Shown here: one piece after another, positions 18,386-27,882 of the stretch
Numbering within the stretch: the first letter of the stretch is position 1
How the letters are laid out: every line of letters begins with the position of its first letter
Assembly: GCA_003645455.1 (NCBI GenBank)
Contig: QNFE01000005.1
Span: 3,840-67,839, forward strand
Reading direction: 5' to 3'
Length of the DNA: 64,000 bases
From: Gammaproteobacteria bacterium
Lineage (GTDB): Bacteria; Pseudomonadota; Gammaproteobacteria; QNFE01
Notes under the pieces: generated by a model
Databases searched by the model: none
The model's input: only the letters and a program-made list of their open reading frames with translations
Told to the model about the DNA's origin: nothing
Made by a program: the position numbers and the translations under genes

Positions 18386-19024
18386 TTATTTGTAGTTATT
18401 AACGACCCTTGTAATGTCAGAGATAAAACTATCTAATTTATGGGGCAATGGAAAGACTGCATGCAACTTCCCCTCTGGGTTGATCAGATAAATATCCGCC
18501 GAATGGTTGATGAGGTACGAATCTTTTAACTCATCTGGCACGGTTGCATTTTTTTTAATAATAACCTGTTTACCGTCTTTGTGATAAACTCTTTCATAAA
18601 TAACATTCATAAAACTTGATAATTTATCTGATTCCGTTTGTTTGCCACCTATGCCTATAAAATTCTTATTAAAGTATGCCGTAAATTTATTTAACATATC
18701 AGGTGTGTCTCTTGATGCATCTACACTAACAAAATAAACATCGGGCATTTTTATTTTAATGTTTTCTGATATATTATTTAAAAACATCAACTCCGTAGGG
18801 CAAACATCAGGGCAACGAGCATAACCAAAAAACATTATACTCCATTTGTTTTTTAACGATTGATTGTTAAATGGTTTGTCGTTTTGTTGCAATTGGAATT
18901 TAGGCAAATCTTTGGCAGGGCTGACAAAACGAGCCACTTCCAAACTTGGTAATTTTGACATCAAAATAACAGCAGAGATTATGACCGCAACTATTAAAGA
19001 CGAGAATATATATATTTTTTTCAT
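18386..19024 (-). CDS. SCO1/SenC family copper chaperone
   Basis: FFGYARCPDVCP (CxxxC), FVSVD and NHS (conserved His); N-terminal membrane anchor. Confidence 0.92.
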   Translation of the reverse strand: MKKIYIFSSLIVAVIISAVILMSKLPSLEVARFVSPAKDLPKFQLQQNDKPFNNQSLKNKWSIMFFGYARCPDVCPTELMFLNNISENIKIKMPDVYFVSVDASRDTPDMLNKFTAYFNKNFIGIGGKQTESDKLSSFMNVIYERVYHKDGKQVIIKKNATVPDELKDSYLINHSADIYLINPEGKLHAVFPLPHKLDSFISDITRVVNNYK

Positions 19025-19055
19025 AGCAAGAATCCAAGATTAAAGAAATCATAAA

Positions 19056-19081
19056 GCCATAGGTAAACAAATACCTATGGC
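19056..19081 (-). terminator. Hairpin between PCuAC and SCO (terminator/attenuator-like)
   Basis: Perfect 10 bp stem gccataggta / tacctatggc with a 6 nt loop, followed by tttatgatttcttt on the minus strand. Confidence 0.55.
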
Positions 19082-19097
19082 CGAACAATCAAAAAAA

Positions 19098-19613
19098 TTA
19101 CTTTTTCATAGGTTTTTCCATAGGCATAGCTTTTTTATGCTCGCCTGACATATTGTGTTTCATCATCATGCCTTTCATTTTGCCTTTCATTTTTTTAACA
19201 GGAGCCTCAACATCAAGTTTGCTACCGTCATCAAATTCTAAGGTAAGTTTTACAGATTCACCCACTTTTGGCACGGCTTTTGGCTGGATAAGCATAATGT
19301 GCCAACTACCAGGTTGCAACACTAATTCACCACCTGCTTTGATTGGCATAAACTCTTGTTTAATCATTTTCATCATGCCATCTTGCTTCAAGGTGCGATG
19401 TAACTCAATAACTTTGTAGTTATCAGGGTTGCTAACAGATGCTTTGACGAGCTTTTTATCAACTTTTGAATTGTTGATAATTTTCATAAAAGCTGCTGTG
19501 GCAGGAGCATTTTGAGGAGCCGCACGTACCCATGGATTATCAATAACAAGGTCGGCGGCATTAACGGATATGGATGCAAGCATCATAATGCTCGCTAAGA
19601 TAATTTTTTTCAT
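19098..19613 (-). CDS. PCuAC family periplasmic copper chaperone
   Basis: Signal peptide, PWVRA, TAAFM, ELH...MMKM, LQPGSWHIML; Met/His-rich C-terminal tail. Confidence 0.92.
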   Translation of the reverse strand: MKKIILASIMMLASISVNAADLVIDNPWVRAAPQNAPATAAFMKIINNSKVDKKLVKASVSNPDNYKVIELHRTLKQDGMMKMIKQEFMPIKAGGELVLQPGSWHIMLIQPKAVPKVGESVKLTLEFDDGSKLDVEAPVKKMKGKMKGMMMKHNMSGEHKKAMPMEKPMKK

Positions 19614-19705
19614 AAATAATTCCTATAATAATAAATAATTTTGGTAATAATTTTTTTGCCTTTATAAAATAAAAACAAAAAATAGTAATAAATTTGTTAC
19701 AAGGA

Positions 19706-20068
19706 TTAGATAGGAGGGGCACGGCTGCCAACCGGCAACATTGCAAAGCTTAGGAGAGCCTTGTTTGGTTCATCACTTTTAAAATAAGTGATTTTTTTTA
19801 TCGAGTTGATAGTTTTAAATGATTCAAAAACTACTTTATCTATATCACTGTCATCAATATTGGGCAACAAACAAAAAGGACAATGAGCACCTTTTTTATT
19901 GCCAGACGGTGCTCCTTTATCATCCAAATAGACCTTTTGGAAGCCGTATGATGTGCACAGAGTAACAAATGATCCATTGTCCGTGCCATAAGCTACCCCA
20001 ATGAAAGGGGCAAACGACTGAAACAAGACAGTTGCAATTAAAATAGATTTGAGGTTAATTTTTTTCAT
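19706..20068 (-). CDS. DUF2946 family protein
   Basis: LCT...G, CPFC and C-terminal RAPP motifs; first gene of a copper-chaperone operon. Confidence 0.8.
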   Translation of the reverse strand: MKKINLKSILIATVLFQSFAPFIGVAYGTDNGSFVTLCTSYGFQKVYLDDKGAPSGNKKGAHCPFCLLPNIDDSDIDKVVFESFKTINSIKKITYFKSDEPNKALLSFAMLPVGSRAPPI

Positions 20069-20081
20069 AAATATGATGCCT

Positions 20082-20153
20082 ATTATACTTTTTTAAATTA
20101 GTTATTGCAAATTTTTATTTAATCTTGCAATTTTAAAAATTATTTGATATAAT
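20082..20153. promoter_or_regulatory. Back-to-back sigma70-like promoters for the copper operon and petABC
   Basis: Plus strand: TTGCAA (20125-20130), 17 nt, TATAAT (20148-20153). Minus strand: TTGCAA (20110-20105), 17 nt, TATAAT (20087-20082). Confidence 0.65.
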
Positions 20154-20183
20154 ATGCCATTTTTTTATATGGAGTGGTTTTAT

Positions 20184-20771
20184 ATGTCAGATAATATAGA
20201 TACCAAAAAACGCAGAACCTTATTAGGTGCTACTGTTGCTGTGGGAACTGTAGCAGGAGTTGGTGCTGTATATCCACTATTGGCATCGATGCAACCATCT
20301 GCACGAGCTCTTGCAGCTGGTGCATCAGTTGAGATTGATATTAGCAATTTGCAAATCGGACAACAAGTCACAGTTGAGTGGCGAGGAAAACCTGTATGGA
20401 TTGTTCGTCGCAGTAAAAAATCATTGGAAGATTTAGCAACTTTAAACGATTCGTTGGTAGATCCTAACTCTGATGTGCCACAGCAACCAGAATATGCAAA
20501 AAATGCTAATCGCTCCATCAAGGATGAATTTTTAGTGATTGTCGGTATCTGCACTCACTTAGGATGTGTGCCTACCTACCGCCCTGATATAGCACCTGCC
20601 GATCTCGGAGCTGATTGGAAAGGGGGCTTTTTTTGCCCTTGTCACGGTTCTACTTTTGATTTAGCAGGACGGGTTTACAAAGGTGTGCCGGCACCTACAA
20701 ATTTAGTCGTGCCACCCTATAAATATTTAAGCGAAGCTAAATTATTGATTGGCGAAGGAGAGATAACATAA
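20184..20771 (+). CDS. petA: Ubiquinol-cytochrome c reductase Rieske Fe-S subunit
   Basis: Tat-like KRRTLL, CTHLGC and CPCHGS Rieske motifs; start moved to MSDNID. Confidence 0.95.
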   Translation: MSDNIDTKKRRTLLGATVAVGTVAGVGAVYPLLASMQPSARALAAGASVEIDISNLQIGQQVTVEWRGKPVWIVRRSKKSLEDLATLNDSLVDPNSDVPQQPEYAKNANRSIKDEFLVIVGICTHLGCVPTYRPDIAPADLGADWKGGFFCPCHGSTFDLAGRVYKGVPAPTNLVVPPYKYLSEAKLLIGEGEIT

Positions 20772-21982
20772 TGATGAGTAAAATTTTAAATTGGATTGAT
20801 TTAAGATATCCGCTAACCTCTACCTGGGAGCAACATCTTTCAAAATACTATGCTCCTAAAAACTTTAATTTTTGGTATTATTTTGGTTCACTTGCATTGT
20901 TGGTTTTGGTAATTCAAATTGTAACTGGTATTTTTCTAGCTATGCACTTTAAACCTGATGCGGCGACAGCTTTTGCCTCTACTGAATATATAATGCGTGA
21001 TGTGCCATGGGGTTGGTTAGTGCGATATATGCACTCAACTGGGGCATCTATGTTTTTTATTGCCATTTATCTACATATGTTCCGAGGACTTATCTATGGC
21101 TCTTTTAAAAAACCTCGTGAATTATTATGGGTAATCGGGATGCTTATTTATGTCGCTTTGATGGCAGAGGCATTTATGGGTTATTTATTACCATGGGGAC
21201 AGATGTCATACTGGGGTGGGCAAGTTATTATCTCTTTATTCGGTGCAATACCCGCTATTGGCGAGCCTTTGGCATTATGGATTAGAGGTGATTTTGTTAT
21301 AGCAGATGCAACTTTGAATCGCTTTTTTGCTTTTCATGTAATCGCTATTCCGTTAATTTTAGTCATTCTTGTTTTTGTCCATATTATCGCTTTACATAAA
21401 GTCGGCTCAAATAACCCAGACGGAGTTAATATCAAAGAACACAAAGATAAAAACGGTGTGCCATTAGATGGTATTCCTTTTCATCCTTATTATACCCTCA
21501 AAGATATTGTGGGAATCGGGGTCTTTATGATGATATTTTTTGCCATTGTTTTCTTTGCCCCTGAAATGGGAGGTTATTTTATCGAACATGCTAACTTTAT
21601 CCCGGCAAACCCGATGGCAACACCTGAGCATATTGCACCACTTTGGTATTTTACACCATTTTATGCAATCTTGCGAGCTGTGCCTGATAAGTTTATGGGA
21701 GTGGTAGCGATGGGGGCTGCGATTATGATATTATTCGCGCTACCTTGGATTGATCGTGGTAAAGTCCTATCAATTCGTTATCGCTCGGTCGCTTATAAAG
21801 TTTTAATTGCAATTTTTGTTATAAGTTTTTTTGTCTTGGGTTATCTGGGTATGCAACCTGCCACGGCGACTATGACTCTAATAGCACAAATTGCCAGCAT
21901 CGCATATTTTGGTTTTTTTATCGCTTTGTTTTTTATTAGCAAAAATGAAAAAACAGGCGAAGTTCCAAAGAGGGTAACATAA
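20771..21982 (+). CDS. petB: Cytochrome b
   Basis: NFWYYFGS, RYMHSTGAS, LHMFRG, LPWGQMSYWG and TPEHIAPLWYF (PEWY-equivalent region). Confidence 0.97.
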   Translation: MMSKILNWIDLRYPLTSTWEQHLSKYYAPKNFNFWYYFGSLALLVLVIQIVTGIFLAMHFKPDAATAFASTEYIMRDVPWGWLVRYMHSTGASMFFIAIYLHMFRGLIYGSFKKPRELLWVIGMLIYVALMAEAFMGYLLPWGQMSYWGGQVIISLFGAIPAIGEPLALWIRGDFVIADATLNRFFAFHVIAIPLILVILVFVHIIALHKVGSNNPDGVNIKEHKDKNGVPLDGIPFHPYYTLKDIVGIGVFMMIFFAIVFFAPEMGGYFIEHANFIPANPMATPEHIAPLWYFTPFYAILRAVPDKFMGVVAMGAAIMILFALPWIDRGKVLSIRYRSVAYKVLIAIFVISFFVLGYLGMQPATATMTLIAQIASIAYFGFFIALFFISKNEKTGEVPKRVT

Positions 21983-22707
21983 TGAAAATAACAATAAATA
22001 CTTTTATCGCTCTATCATTTTTATTGGTAGGTACTGTCTCATTCGCCGCAGGCAATGTCAAATTAGATAGTGTTGATATTGATGTAAGCGACCATGAATC
22101 TTTGCAAAGAGGTGCAAAAACTTTCATCAATTATTGTATGGGTTGCCATAGTCTCTCATATCAGCGATATAACAGAATGGCAGATGACATCGGCATAAAT
22201 ATTGACCAACTCAAAGAAAATCTAATTTTTACGACTGATAAAAATGGTAAAAAAAGCAAAGATGGTGCTTTGATGAAAATCACAATGCAAAAAGACTACA
22301 CCGAGAAAGCTTTCGGGGTAGCGCCTCCTGATTTAACCGTAATTGCAAGATCTAATGGCACCAACTGGCTTTATACCTATTTAAGATCTTTTCATAAAGA
22401 TGAAAAATCTGCCACAGGTTTTGCCAATACTGTCAAAATTGTTAGTATGCCAAATGTTTTGTGGCAATTACAAGGCGAACAGGTGCTTGATAAAAAAACA
22501 GGTAAATTCTCTATCAGTAAATTAGGATTACAAACCCCGAAAGAATTTGATGCCACAATTAAAGATTTGGTAACATTTTTATCCTATACTGGTGAACCCA
22601 TTCAACAAACAAGAAAAACATTAGGAATATGGGTGTTGTTATTTATGTTAATTTTTACAATCGTCGCTTATTTCTTAAAAAAAGAATACTGGCGTGACAT
22701 CCATTAA
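21982..22707 (+). CDS. petC: Cytochrome c1
   Basis: SLQRGA, CMGCH, PPDLT, SMPNVL; C-terminal TM helix and KKEYWRDIH. Confidence 0.95.
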   Translation: MKITINTFIALSFLLVGTVSFAAGNVKLDSVDIDVSDHESLQRGAKTFINYCMGCHSLSYQRYNRMADDIGINIDQLKENLIFTTDKNGKKSKDGALMKITMQKDYTEKAFGVAPPDLTVIARSNGTNWLYTYLRSFHKDEKSATGFANTVKIVSMPNVLWQLQGEQVLDKKTGKFSISKLGLQTPKEFDATIKDLVTFLSYTGEPIQQTRKTLGIWVLLFMLIFTIVAYFLKKEYWRDIH

Positions 22708-22726
22708 AATACAGAGATAAAAAATA

Positions 22727-23323
22727 ATGTTATTATATTCAGGAGATAGTTGTCTTTTTAGCCACAGGGTTCGTTTTTTAGCAAAAATAAAAAAAATGAC
22801 TCTTAATGTCGTGTCGGTCAATCTTGATGATTTGCCAGAAGATTTATTACAATTAAACCCCTATGGCACAGTGCCTACATTATTAGAGAGAAGAATTGCC
22901 CTGTATGATTCAAGAGTTATAATAGATCACTTGGATGAGAGATACCCACATCCTCCACTGATGCCAGTTGAGCCTTTAAAAAGAGCAAGAATGCGGTTAG
23001 CATTATACAGAATAGAGAGAGACTGGTATTCACTTATTGAAGACATAGAAGGGAAAAGCGAAAGAAAATCATTAAGATCTCGAAAATCTCTTGCCGAATC
23101 CTTGCAATCATCACAGCAGGTATTCTCGATTAGAAAATTTTTTTTAAGTGACGATATGACATTGGTTGATGTTTCTTTGGCTCCATTATTATGGAGAATA
23201 GAAAAATATGGCATCCGTTTGAACCGAAAAGAATGCGAGCCTATGTTTCGCTATATGGATAGATTATTTGCAATTCCTGGTTTTACAGAGAGCCTAACCC
23301 CATCCGAACAAGATATGAGATAA
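22727..23323 (+). CDS. sspA: Stringent starvation protein A (GST-like)
   Basis: LNPYGTVPTL, LYDSRVIIDHLDERYPHPPLMPV; follows petC as in many Gammaproteobacteria. Confidence 0.93.
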   Translation: MLLYSGDSCLFSHRVRFLAKIKKMTLNVVSVNLDDLPEDLLQLNPYGTVPTLLERRIALYDSRVIIDHLDERYPHPPLMPVEPLKRARMRLALYRIERDWYSLIEDIEGKSERKSLRSRKSLAESLQSSQQVFSIRKFFLSDDMTLVDVSLAPLLWRIEKYGIRLNRKECEPMFRYMDRLFAIPGFTESLTPSEQDMR

Positions 23324-23718
23324 TGAAACTATTGCCACAACAACCCTATTTTATGCGTGCTATTTATGAATGGATTTACGATAATGGTCTCACACCTCAG
23401 GTTTTAATAGATTGCTCTTATGATAATGTGAATGTGCCTACCCAATACATTAAGAACAATATGATTATTTTTAATATATCAGAGAGTGCAACTAATAATT
23501 CTCTATTAATATCAAACGAAGAAATTAAATTTAAAGCCAGAATTGATGAAAAATTTTTAGAAATTGATGCTCCGGTTTATGCAATTAAAGCTATATTTGC
23601 CAAAGAAGATCAATCTGTGGGTTTAACATTTTCTCAACAGATACCAGCACCAATAAAAAATAAGAAAACTAAAGTAAAAAAAACTCCTTTTAAGAATTCT
23701 AAATTAAAAATAGTATGA
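23323..23718 (+). CDS. sspB: ClpXP adaptor SspB
   Basis: PYFMRAIYEWIYDNGLTP, IIFNIS and C-terminal LKIV; follows sspA. Confidence 0.88.
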   Translation: MKLLPQQPYFMRAIYEWIYDNGLTPQVLIDCSYDNVNVPTQYIKNNMIIFNISESATNNSLLISNEEIKFKARIDEKFLEIDAPVYAIKAIFAKEDQSVGLTFSQQIPAPIKNKKTKVKKTPFKNSKLKIV

Positions 23719-23773
23719 GGTTTTTGCAAAAATCTCATTATTCTAAATCGCAATTAATTTATACAAAGGTCTC
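23717..23773. repeat. Degenerate, internally deleted copy of the GAGACCTTTG element
   Basis: The right end ttattctaaatcgcaattaatttatacaaaggtctc resembles the right end of the 45290 copy (tcctaaatcgcacttgagttatacaaaggtctc). The left end gaggtttttgcaaaa is degenerate. Confidence 0.65.
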
Positions 23774-23776
23774 ATT

Positions 23777-25177
23777 ATGAAAAAAGTTGAAGTTATTATT
23801 ATAGGTTCTGGCACCGCAGGTTTGAATGCCTTATCGCAGGTTAAAAAATACACGGAATCTTATCTTTTAATTAACGGCGGATTTTTTGGTACAACCTGTG
23901 CCAGAGTCGGCTGTATGCCATCAAAAGTTATAATCCAAGTCGCTGATGATTTTCATCGTAAACATATTTTCAAACGTTTTGGCATCAAGGGAGCTGACAA
24001 TATAAGAATTGACAACAACGAGGTTATGGAATATACCCGTGATATAAGAGATATACTGGTAGATAGAGTAAAATCAAGTAGCACTGATAATATGCCTACT
24101 GATAAACTTATCAAGGGTTATGCAAATTTTATAAACCACAACACGATTGAGGTCAATGGCGAACAAATTGAGGCGACAAAAATAATTATTGCCACAGGTT
24201 CTACCCCTATAATGCCCGTTGATTTTAAAAGATTCGGTGATAAAGTTATCAGCACGGATGATTTATTTGAATTAGAAAAACTTCCCAAAACTATGGCAGT
24301 CATAGGGCTTGGTGCCATAGGTTTGGAGTTAGGTCAGGCCTTAAATAGAGTTGGAGTAAAAATTACAGGATTTGATTTTTTACATAATATCGGTGGTATC
24401 ACAGATGAATCGATCAACAAAACTGCAATTGATCTAATATCAAAAGAATTTGATATGCACTTAGGACAAAATGCATCTTTATCCGCCTGTGATGGTGGTA
24501 TAAAAGTCCACTCAGGCGACAATGAAATTATCGTTGAAAAAGTTTTACTAAGCATAGGTAGAAAACCTAATTTAGATAAATCAAACTTAGAAAATATTGG
24601 GGTTAAATTAGACAAAAAAGGTCTGCCAGTTTACAATATAAACACGATGCAAATAGAGGACAAACCAATTTTTCTATGTGGCGATGCAAGTGGCGACAGA
24701 ACATTATTACACGAAGCATCAGATGAGGGTAAAATAGCAGGATATAATGCCTGTGCTAAAAAAATAACGAAATTTAAAAGAAAAACTCATATAGGCATTG
24801 TTTTTACCAGCCCCAATATAATAAGTGTTGGATTGGGTTTAAATCAACTTAACAAAAGCCAAACAGCAACAGCAGAGATGCCAATGGGACCTGTAAGTCG
24901 GGCATTGGTTATGGGTGAAAACAAGGGTTTAATAAGAATATATGCCGACAAAAAAACAGGACTGTTAAAAGGGGCTCAGATAATTGCAGCTCGTGCAGAG
25001 AACTTAGCCCACTTGCTTGTATGGGCAATAGAGAAAAAAATGACAGTTAATGAAATGCTGCAGATGCCATTTTATCATCCAGTGATTGAAGAGGCATTAC
25101 AGGGTGCATTATACAACTTAAAATCAAAATTAAATCTAAAAATTAACACTCCAATTTTAGAGTTGCCAATTTTATAA
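23777..25177 (+). CDS. Dihydrolipoamide dehydrogenase-like flavoprotein disulfide reductase
   Basis: IIGSGTAG FAD site, GTTCARVGCMPSK redox disulfide, IGLGAIGLE NAD site, FYHPVIEE; not flanked by E1/E2 genes. Confidence 0.85.
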   Translation: MKKVEVIIIGSGTAGLNALSQVKKYTESYLLINGGFFGTTCARVGCMPSKVIIQVADDFHRKHIFKRFGIKGADNIRIDNNEVMEYTRDIRDILVDRVKSSSTDNMPTDKLIKGYANFINHNTIEVNGEQIEATKIIIATGSTPIMPVDFKRFGDKVISTDDLFELEKLPKTMAVIGLGAIGLELGQALNRVGVKITGFDFLHNIGGITDESINKTAIDLISKEFDMHLGQNASLSACDGGIKVHSGDNEIIVEKVLLSIGRKPNLDKSNLENIGVKLDKKGLPVYNINTMQIEDKPIFLCGDASGDRTLLHEASDEGKIAGYNACAKKITKFKRKTHIGIVFTSPNIISVGLGLNQLNKSQTATAEMPMGPVSRALVMGENKGLIRIYADKKTGLLKGAQIIAARAENLAHLLVWAIEKKMTVNEMLQMPFYHPVIEEALQGALYNLKSKLNLKINTPILELPIL

Positions 25178-25180
25178 TAG

Positions 25181-25435
25181 ATGACAACCGCAAAACTTAA
25201 CAAAGAGCAAAAAATTCTTTTAATTGTCCGTAAAACCTTAGCACAAATAGCCATAGATACAGCACCCAAATCCGGACAAAAAAGTCCGTTATCGCCAGTT
25301 TGCATTGAAAATATGAAACAATGTTTTGATTTAATAAGCTCTCGTGAAAAAGAATTAAATGCCAACCAAAATCCTCCGAAATATCCAATTTATCAAGATA
25401 ATAAAGCACAACCGATAAATTTCATCAAAAAATAG
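25181..25435 (+). CDS. Small conserved-looking hypothetical protein
   Basis: KEQKIL..VRKTL..IAIDTAP....PLS......CFDLISSREKEL pattern, recalled from small hypothetical proteins of sulfur-oxidising Gammaproteobacteria; tightly packed between lpd-like and lpxL. Confidence 0.65.
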   Translation: MTTAKLNKEQKILLIVRKTLAQIAIDTAPKSGQKSPLSPVCIENMKQCFDLISSREKELNANQNPPKYPIYQDNKAQPINFIKK

Positions 25436-25436
25436 G

Positions 25437-26321
25437 ATGAGAGATAATCTCATAATAGTAATATATAAATTCTTCGGCAGATTATCCTTCCCCACAATTC
25501 AAAAAGTCGGCTCTCTGGTGGGCTTGATATTATATCTAATTCCCAATAAACAAAAAAAAATAACCCAGATAAATATAAATATGTGTTATCCGGATTTAAC
25601 AGATAAACAAAAAAAAGAGCTAATAAAGAACCATTTAAAAGCTGTTGGTATGACATTATTTGAGAGTATGTATATGTGGCATACGGACAAAAAAGAAGTG
25701 GAAAAACTTATTCAGAAGCCTATCAATCAACAAATATTCAAAGATGCTCTCCAAAAAAAAGAAAAAATAATTCTGGCTATTTTGCATTTTGGCAACTGGG
25801 AGATAGGAATTTTAGATTTTAAAAAAATAATAGATGTTCGCTCTTTATATGCCCCTATAAAGTATAAAAAATTAGAAAACTATTCTTATAAAAAAAGAAT
25901 ACAGTTAGGATGGCAACTGGCAAATGGTAACAAATCTGGCATTAAAATGTTAATGCAATCTTTAAAAAATAACCAAGTCATAGGGATAGCGGCGGACCAG
26001 GTACCAGTGCACGGCAGCGGTATTTTTAGTCAATTTTTTAATAACTCTGCCTATACTATGACTTTAATGGTGCAACTTGCTCTAAAAAATAAGGCCACCA
26101 TAATTTTTACCGTTATGGAGAGGTTAGAAAAACACGAAGGTTTTAGAATGCACTACATAAAAGCCGATAAAGATATTTATAATCAAGATATAAGCATAGC
26201 AACAAAAAGCATGAATAAAAGTTTAGAAAAATGTATAAAAATCAATCCTGCACAATATATGTGGAATTACAAAAAATTTAAAATTCAACCAGATAATAAA
26301 AAAAATCCTTACAATTTTTGA
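25437..26321 (+). CDS. lpxL: Lipid A lauroyl/myristoyl acyltransferase (LpxL/HtrB family)
   Basis: HFGNWE (HxxxxE), AADQ, NPAQYMWNYKKFK. Confidence 0.8.
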   Translation: MRDNLIIVIYKFFGRLSFPTIQKVGSLVGLILYLIPNKQKKITQININMCYPDLTDKQKKELIKNHLKAVGMTLFESMYMWHTDKKEVEKLIQKPINQQIFKDALQKKEKIILAILHFGNWEIGILDFKKIIDVRSLYAPIKYKKLENYSYKKRIQLGWQLANGNKSGIKMLMQSLKNNQVIGIAADQVPVHGSGIFSQFFNNSAYTMTLMVQLALKNKATIIFTVMERLEKHEGFRMHYIKADKDIYNQDISIATKSMNKSLEKCIKINPAQYMWNYKKFKIQPDNKKNPYNF

Positions 26322-26359
26322 TTTAAATCATTGTAAATTAAAACCTACAAACATATTAT
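26318..26359 (+). promoter_or_regulatory. FNR/Anr box and -10 element upstream of hemN
   Basis: TTGAT-ttaa-ATCAT (26318-26331) is a 9/10 match to TTGAT-N4-ATCAA. TATTAT at 26354-26359 places the box centre at -41.5 if it is the -12..-7 hexamer. Confidence 0.7.
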
Positions 26360-26407
26360 ATCTACTATAGTTGTGGTGCAAAAATATTTCATAAAAGGAA
26401 CAAAACA

Positions 26408-27796
26408 TTGGAAAATAATCATAAAATTGTTTTTGACGAAAAAATAATAAAAAAATATGACAAGTCAGGGCCTCGTTATACCTCCTACCCTACTTCAATA
26501 GAATTTAATGATAATTTTACACAAAGAGATTATCGCAGATGGTCTCGTGCCTCTAATGCTCTTAATCGTCCTTTATCTTTATATTTTCATATTCCATTCT
26601 GTGATACTGTGTGTTACTATTGTGGCTGTAATAAAATTGCCACCAAAGATAGAACTAGATCCATGCCCTATATGGAGGCTTTAAAAAAAGAAATTGTTAT
26701 GCAATCTATGTTGTTTAACAAAGATAAACAGGTTGAGCAGCTACATCTTGGTGGTGGCACTCCTACTTTTTTAAATGATGGACAATTGGAGGACTTAATA
26801 ACTTTTACTAACAAAAATTTTGCTTTAAAAAATGATGATAGTGGCGAGTATTCGATTGAAATTGATCCACGAGAAATTGGCGAACAAACCCTTGCAACAC
26901 TCAGAGAATTAGGATTTAATCGTCTAAGTCTCGGAGTGCAAGATTTTAATTATGATGTGCAGGTAGCAGTAAACCGTATCCAACCTATAAACCAGACAGA
27001 AAATGCCATAAAAATTGGTAGGGACTTAAAATATCACTCAATTAGCATTGATCTTATATACGGATTGCCATTCCAAAACATCAAGAGTTTTTCTGTAACA
27101 CTCGATAATATAATTAGATTATCACCTGATAGGGTATCTGTTTATAATTATGCTCATCTACCAAAACTTTTTAAACCTCAAAGAAGAATAAATGCCGCAA
27201 CCTTACCATCTCCTGGTGAAAAATTAGATATTTTAAAAATGACAATAGAAAAACTACATAACGCAGGTTATGTTTATATTGGCATGGATCATTTTGCTAA
27301 AAAAACAGATGAGCTTACAATCGCCCAACAAAACGGCACTTTACAACGAAATTTTCAAGGATACTCCACCCATGCCAATTGTGATATGATAGCCATGGGG
27401 CTCAGCTCCATCAGCAATGTAGGTAATACTTATAGCCAAAATGTCCGAACAGAAATAGAATACTATGAAAAAATTGAAGAAGGATCTTTGCCTATTTTTA
27501 GAGGTATTGAATTTACCGGAGACGATATAGTTCGCCAAGATATAATAAGCCAATTAATTTGTCATCTGCATCTTAATACTAATATTATATCAAAAATATA
27601 CTCAATTAATTTTTGGGAATACTTTAAAAAAGAAGAAGCGGATTTACTCTTAATGCAAAAAGACGGACTACTTGAACTGGATAAAAACCAGATAACAATA
27701 AACTCCAAAGGTGTGCTTTTAATTCGTAACATCTGCATGGTTTTTGATGCCTATTTAAGAAAAAGGCAAACAACCAACTTCTCCAAAACAATATAA
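26408..27796 (+). CDS. hemN: Oxygen-independent coproporphyrinogen III oxidase
   Basis: GPRYTSYPT, YFHIPFCDTVCYYCGC (radical SAM CxxxCxxC), LHLGGGTPT, RNFQGY. Confidence 0.96.
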   Translation: MENNHKIVFDEKIIKKYDKSGPRYTSYPTSIEFNDNFTQRDYRRWSRASNALNRPLSLYFHIPFCDTVCYYCGCNKIATKDRTRSMPYMEALKKEIVMQSMLFNKDKQVEQLHLGGGTPTFLNDGQLEDLITFTNKNFALKNDDSGEYSIEIDPREIGEQTLATLRELGFNRLSLGVQDFNYDVQVAVNRIQPINQTENAIKIGRDLKYHSISIDLIYGLPFQNIKSFSVTLDNIIRLSPDRVSVYNYAHLPKLFKPQRRINAATLPSPGEKLDILKMTIEKLHNAGYVYIGMDHFAKKTDELTIAQQNGTLQRNFQGYSTHANCDMIAMGLSSISNVGNTYSQNVRTEIEYYEKIEEGSLPIFRGIEFTGDDIVRQDIISQLICHLHLNTNIISKIYSINFWEYFKKEEADLLLMQKDGLLELDKNQITINSKGVLLIRNICMVFDAYLRKRQTTNFSKTI

Positions 27797-27799
27797 TAA

Positions 27800-27880
27800 G
27801 AGACTTTTTCATAGCAAAAATTTGTCATCAAACGAGCATAGCGGAGAACTTCAAAGGACTTGCCATTTTCCTCATTTTTG
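27800..27880. repeat. Internal segment shared with the 13428 element, between convergent genes
   Basis: 27851-27880 tcaaaggacttgccattttcctcatttttg is identical to 13497-13526. The segment ttttcatagcaaaaatt is also shared. An extra ~27 bp segment lies between them, and the left end gagactttttc is degenerate. Confidence 0.75.
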
Positions 27881-27882
27881 GT

